Translations under genes and position numbers: made by a program
NCBI GenBank assembly: GCA_049322675.1
Contig: JBMORM010000009.1
Coordinates: forward strand, 158,132-222,131
DNA length: 64,000 nucleotides
Source of the DNA: Patescibacteria group bacterium
Lineage (GTDB): Bacteria; Patescibacteriota; JAHJAL01
Reading direction: 5' to 3'
The notes under the pieces: generated by a model
The model's database searches: none
What the model saw: the letters and a program-made list of their open reading frames with translations, nothing else
Told to the model about the DNA's origin: nothing
Shown: in pieces, positions 62,601 through 64,000 of the stretch
How positions within the stretch are numbered: position 1 is the stretch's first letter
Layout: the number at the start of each line of letters is the position of its first letter

Positions 62601-64000
62601 AAATATTTCGAAGGAAATATCAGCGGTGTATTTTTGACAAATAATGTTTTGACAAAAAACCAAATCAATAAAATGTATCAAGTCGGTTTGGGAGCTTTAA
62701 ATGACAACGCCGATGATTTGAATAAGATTGGCGGAACCAGCAATGATATCCGAGCAGTAGCGTTGGATGACGACAATTATCGCGCGTTTTTGGGAACCGC
62801 CACCGGTCTGAGCGAAATCGATTTATTGAAGGACAGTCGCACTCAATATTGGAATATCACTACCAGTCCGGCTTTGCCAAATAATTATGTAAAAACGATC
62901 AGTTATGGCAGTAATCGAATTTTGGTGGGGACAAATTCGGGAGTGATAAACATAAGAACTGATGGCAGCTACACTTCATCAGACACTTTGGGCAAATTGC
63001 AATCCGGAAAGGGCCGAGATGTGTTCACGGATGGTGCTTACAATTATTACGTTAGCGACAAAGGTTTGGATATCGTCAAATTGAGCGATATGTCGAGAAA
63101 GGGATATGTGACCAGAGAAGATGGTTTCAATAGCGTCGTCGCTTTTGGCGGAATGGTATATATGGGAAGCGAAGTTGGCGTTTGGAAAGCAAATATTACC
63201 AACGTGGTGGACGAATACGATCTTACTTCTGCCGCTTATACCAATCTATCCGTACCACAATTGATTTCAAATAATGTTTATGATGTTCATGGCCGAATTA
63301 TCGGCGGTAAACAATATCTTGTGGTAGGTACGGACAATGGCGCTCAATTGATTGGCGATATTGACGGGGAAATAAAATATACCGTTTTCAGAAATAATGA
63401 AAATGACGATATTACTAAAGTTTGGTTAAATGAAGACGGTGATCTGGCATATTACAATGCGACAGACAAGACGGTTTGCGTCTATAACAACGCGATCGAC
63501 TCGGAATTATACTATATGCAATTGGGAACAAGTTCATATACCCGACGTTACGATTTGAGTACAACCCCAAGATTGATTGATAATGTGGTCAACGATTTGG
63601 TATATATGGCCAATACTTCGACCGCACAAGCCGGAGGTAACACTTTGTATATTGGAACAAAGAGCGGCACGACGGTTATTCAGGAACATAGCACGATGGC
63701 CAGCAGCACAGTCAAACATTTGGTCAGCGGCGCAATAAACGATGATAGAACCGGTATCTTGTTGCCGTTTGCCGATCACAATTTGGCCCCCGCTACCGTG
63801 GACAACGCCGTATATAATTCGGTTAATCAATTTGATAGCGGACGACAAAAATTTAATTTCGCAAACGATAGAGATATTGCAGCTTTTTGGGATTTTGATC
63901 AAACTATGCCGGGCGGAGTGGCCGATCGAAGCGGAAATAATAACAACGGTTATTTTGGATCGGATACTGGTTTGGCTGGCGGTAAAATCGGTCAGGGATT
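50678..64000 (+). CDS. giant surface protein, at least 4,441 aa, 3'-partial (it runs off the window). It has a signal peptide and then alternating DUF2341-like, LamG/concanavalin-A-like and Reg_prop beta-propeller modules.
   Basis: Frame 2 is stop-free from 50678 to 64000. Six DUF2341-type units (..NFDYG..DG.D.RF...G..L.YW.E.W...GTS..W.K.P..GT..I.MYYGN) and more than eight LamG-type units (W.HV..TYDG....LY.NG) are present, followed by Reg_prop-like (L..GT..G...ID) repeats after 61.5 kb. Confidence 0.8.

Noticed and set aside
50835-63902. About 25 minus-strand and small + strand ORFs listed between 50.8 and 63.9 kb
   Set aside because: All are antisense or off-frame relative to the single stop-free + frame-2 giant ORF. 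Their translations are compositionally odd (S/I/F-rich).
1-64000. Alternative genetic code (UGA recoding, as in some CPR lineages)
   Set aside because: Several well-conserved genes end at TGA (e.g. 14386..14646, 22117..23868), and long housekeeping ORFs are intact under code 11. The standard code therefore applies.

Overview
This is a low-GC, gene-dense bacterial window. The protein signatures I can read resemble a small-genome Patescibacteria/CPR-like organism. It uses the standard genetic code (TGA is a stop; UvrA, ThrRS and enolase are intact). The housekeeping backbone comprises SerRS (3' part), HPF, UvrA, ThrRS, MiaB, MiaA, MTA/SAH nucleosidase, tRNA-Phe, ribosomal protein S1, PGI/PMI and enolase. 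Four blocks stand out against it.
(1) An IS1595-family transposase sits next to six consecutive unrecognisable minus-strand genes at 1.2-5.3 kb.
(2) A roughly 9.5-kb accessory island lies at 29.3-38.8 kb. It holds small, unrelated, co-directional minus-strand genes separated by a family of related imperfect-palindromic intergenic repeats, and it ends at a divergently oriented tyrosine recombinase. This is an integron-like layout. Its largest cassette is a 930-aa PHP-phosphoesterase fused to a Rad50/SMC-like ABC ATPase, followed 6 bp later by an HNH endonuclease. I read this pair as a likely anti-phage defence module that merges PplA-like and Septu-like logic.
(3) A three-gene cell-surface protein operon lies at 39.7-44.6 kb.
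(4) A single uninterrupted + strand reading frame runs from 50678 to the window end. It encodes more than 4,400 aa and is built from reiterated DUF2341-like, LamG/concanavalin-like and Reg_prop beta-propeller modules. The six-frame track omits it because it has no stop inside the window.
Two further points. The window is peppered with 7-bp-periodic repeats: MITE-like palindromes with roughly 30-bp terminal inverted repeats upstream of thrS and between miaB and miaA, a GGTTCTA x4 tract inside miaB, and heptamer runs in other intergenic regions. It also contains an attenuator-like leader RNA candidate at 6.27-6.50 kb and an unusual roughly 700-bp hairpin-rich non-coding gap at 9.0-9.7 kb. I found no CRISPR array and no rRNA.
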